Source: Takakia lepidozioides (taxonomy: Eukaryota > Plantae > Bryophyta). Taken from it: a stretch of 64,000 nucleotides of DNA. Under the pieces are notes generated by a model. That model saw only the letters and a program-made list of their open reading frames with translations. It ran no database searches and was not told the DNA's origin. The stretch covers positions 18,290,001-18,354,000 of the forward strand of contig CM060733.1 in the NCBI GenBank assembly GCA_030704615.1, given 5' to 3'. This document shows positions 61,901 to 64,000 of the stretch, piece after piece (position 1 is the first letter of the stretch; every line of letters begins with the position of its first letter). A program made the translations under genes and the position numbers.

Positions 61901-64000
61901 CAATCCACAACTGTTTACTCCTTTTATGGCATAGAAGGGGCTATTTCAGAACCTTGAGGGGCCACCCATAGATGATTACCATGAGTTTAGGCGGGGGCAC
62001 GATGTTGAGATCGAGGAGTGGAGGATGTACTGGTCACCCGACTATGTCTCCATCACTAGAGGCACTAGAGGCACAAGGGCAGCAGCCACACCGACAGCTG
62101 CACTAGCAGCAGCAGCTACAACAGCAGCTTCCACGAGCAGTAGTGGGACTAGTGGTACAGCAACTACGACGTTCACCCAAGCTACTGCTGCACCAGCACC
62201 AGTGGCGGTGCCTGCCTTCAACCCTATTGTGGAGTTCTTCGAAGAGTTGAGAAGGAACTACCAAGGGGTGAGGACAGAGAAGTTGAAGAGTTTGCAAGAG
62301 TTCCAACGGAAGCCTATTGAGAGCTTGAGGGAGGCTTTCACTCGCATGAGGCGCTTGATTAATGTAACCCAAGGGGTTACGGAGGCTCAGGCAGTCCAGT
62401 TTTAGTACGGGATATTGGACAAGGAGCTGAGGAGAAGGGTGCGGGATGCAATTCTCCTACAAGCGGCCCAACCCACCTTAGCAAATGTGTTTTTGCTGGC
62501 AGAGCGAATAGAGCTCAACATAGTGGAGGAACAAGTGGTTATGGTGGGATTTGCTAAGGAGGCACCACGGGGTAGTGGTGCTCCTAGCCAGCCACTACCT
62601 CAACGTACTCAAGGCAACAAGGGGGCTCAGGTGAAGCCCAGGGAAGGACAGAGAGGACCTCAGATGCAGGGGTCTCTCCCTTCATTTGCTGGCCAACAAC
62701 GGGCGGATGTGGTATGTTGGACATGTGGAGGACCCCATGTCAAGAAGGATTGCCCAGAGGGAGGCAATGGTTTGGCACCGGCACAGCCTGCACAGTTGCA
62801 GTGTGGGCTTTGTGGCAAGTACAGGCATGGAGAAGCCCAGTGCTATGGTTTGCATCCTGAGTTGCGCCTAGGCCAGTTCCAAGGGAACAATGGTGGCCGG
62901 GGGCGAGGTGGAGCAGCCCAGAGAGGACGAGGTGGCCAGGCACGAGGTGCAGGCCAAGGGCAAGTTCAACATGGCCAAGGACGCGGAGGTTAGGGTGGTG
63001 ACCAAGGCATGGCCAACCGGCTTCAGCAGCTAAAGCAGAGGCTCGTTGCCATGGCCACAGCTCAGGTGGTACCGGCTCCAAGGCCGGATGGTCCACCTCC
63101 TGCTCCTGAGGGAGGAGACATGGGAGACATGGGATTCATGTGCGGGGCAGCACTACCACTAGTGAGGGGTGCCACTACCACTACCACTACCACTGTGGGT
63201 GGGGCACCACTACCACTAGTGTCGGGCAGCACTACCACTAGTGCAAGTGGAGTCAGCTGCGGCAGTGACTCGAGGAGCAACACGAGTTCCTAAGCCACGG
63301 GGTGCGGAGGTGGAGTTGAATCCACAGCGTGGGGAGGCAAGCCGTCGGGTCAGGCTTCCTCAGTCATTCACATTGGCGGAGACAGTGTCGACGCCGTCCA
63401 TGGCACCTAGTTCTCGCTTGACTGTTACCGAGGCGGAGGTTACTATGCCATTGGGGAGAGCTACACGGGCAGCACCACTACCTAGTGTTGCCAAGGCTAT
63501 GGCAGCTAATGTGCTGCTGGGGGCGGCCACAGCTGTGTGCCAGGCTCCATTATTCTCGGCTACCATGATTGCGACGCCGGGGGTAAGACCAGCTGAGGTG
63601 TTCAGGCTAGCAGCCACACTCTGTGAGAGTGGGGAGGTTACTTCATCCTCTGCGGAGATAGTGGGAGGTGTAGTGCCGGAGGGATCCTTGGATGTGAGGG
63701 TCAAGACTGCTACGGCGGCGCCATGGCAAGCTGCAGCTGCCAGGTTGGCGGAGCTGCCAGCTAGGCCAGCCATTGAGCGCGCCATGGTGACACCTGGAGT
63801 TGTCATGTTAGACAACCAAGATGGCATTTTCTGTTTGAGTGGACCGGCAGGCAAAGAGGTACCGGCCACTGTGAGTCTTGTTGGACTCGGGAGCTCAGCC
63901 ATTGATGCTAGGCAGAGCTGCTATTGTAGGCTTGGGCCTCATGGAGGCGGATATGGAGCCGTGCCCTTTCCAGATACAGACATCGCTGGGAGGATCAGAG
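58993..64000 (+). mobile_element. Third copy of the split-repeat family (5' part, runs off window)
   Basis: A-type repeat 58993-59309 (TGTCAAG...TTATCA); leader partly homologous to 39680-40060; gag 61593-62993; protease near 63875. Starts inside the integrase of the minus-strand copy. Confidence 0.9.
61593..62993 (+). pseudogene. gag with two zinc-knuckle-like motifs and RGG tail (premature stops)
   Basis: ORFs 61593-61934, 62025-62405 and 62415-62993 share one frame; CWTCGGPHVKKDC and CGLCGKYRHGEAQC. Confidence 0.88.

Overview
Eukaryotic, land-plant-like nuclear DNA dominated by nested retrotransposons around a small gene island. Host genes: an intact 7-exon RLCK-V-type receptor-like kinase (-), an intact 2-exon SDR oxidoreductase (-), and a 4-exon SmD1 copy with a premature stop (+). 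There are three copies of a Galadriel-like chromovirus (tRNA-Met PBS, ~725-bp LTRs, chromodomain). One is inserted head-to-head into another, and one is flanked by an anomalous ~200-bp duplication. The most unusual signal is a second Ty3/Gypsy-type family with three related copies: complete at 36536-48269 (+), a 3' part at 49793-58992 (-) and a 5' part from 58993 (+). The complete copy carries a DNMT3-like cytosine-5 methyltransferase between protease and RT, and both copies with a visible integrase end it with a PHD finger. Instead of two LTRs the family has split direct repeats (A...PPT-B-gc-A-t-B), yet it encodes a DDE integrase and has a 4-bp TSD. It has no tRNA PBS; the PBS position instead pairs, with a compensatory change between copies, to the loop of a conserved hairpin in repeat A, suggesting self-priming. 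The complete copy also carries an antisense processed RPS18 fragment and an orphan ORF. Also present: a pogo-like transposase remnant, a Tourist-like MITE, a ParB-like-domain pseudogene and degraded Gypsy remnants. All alignments and counts were done by eye.
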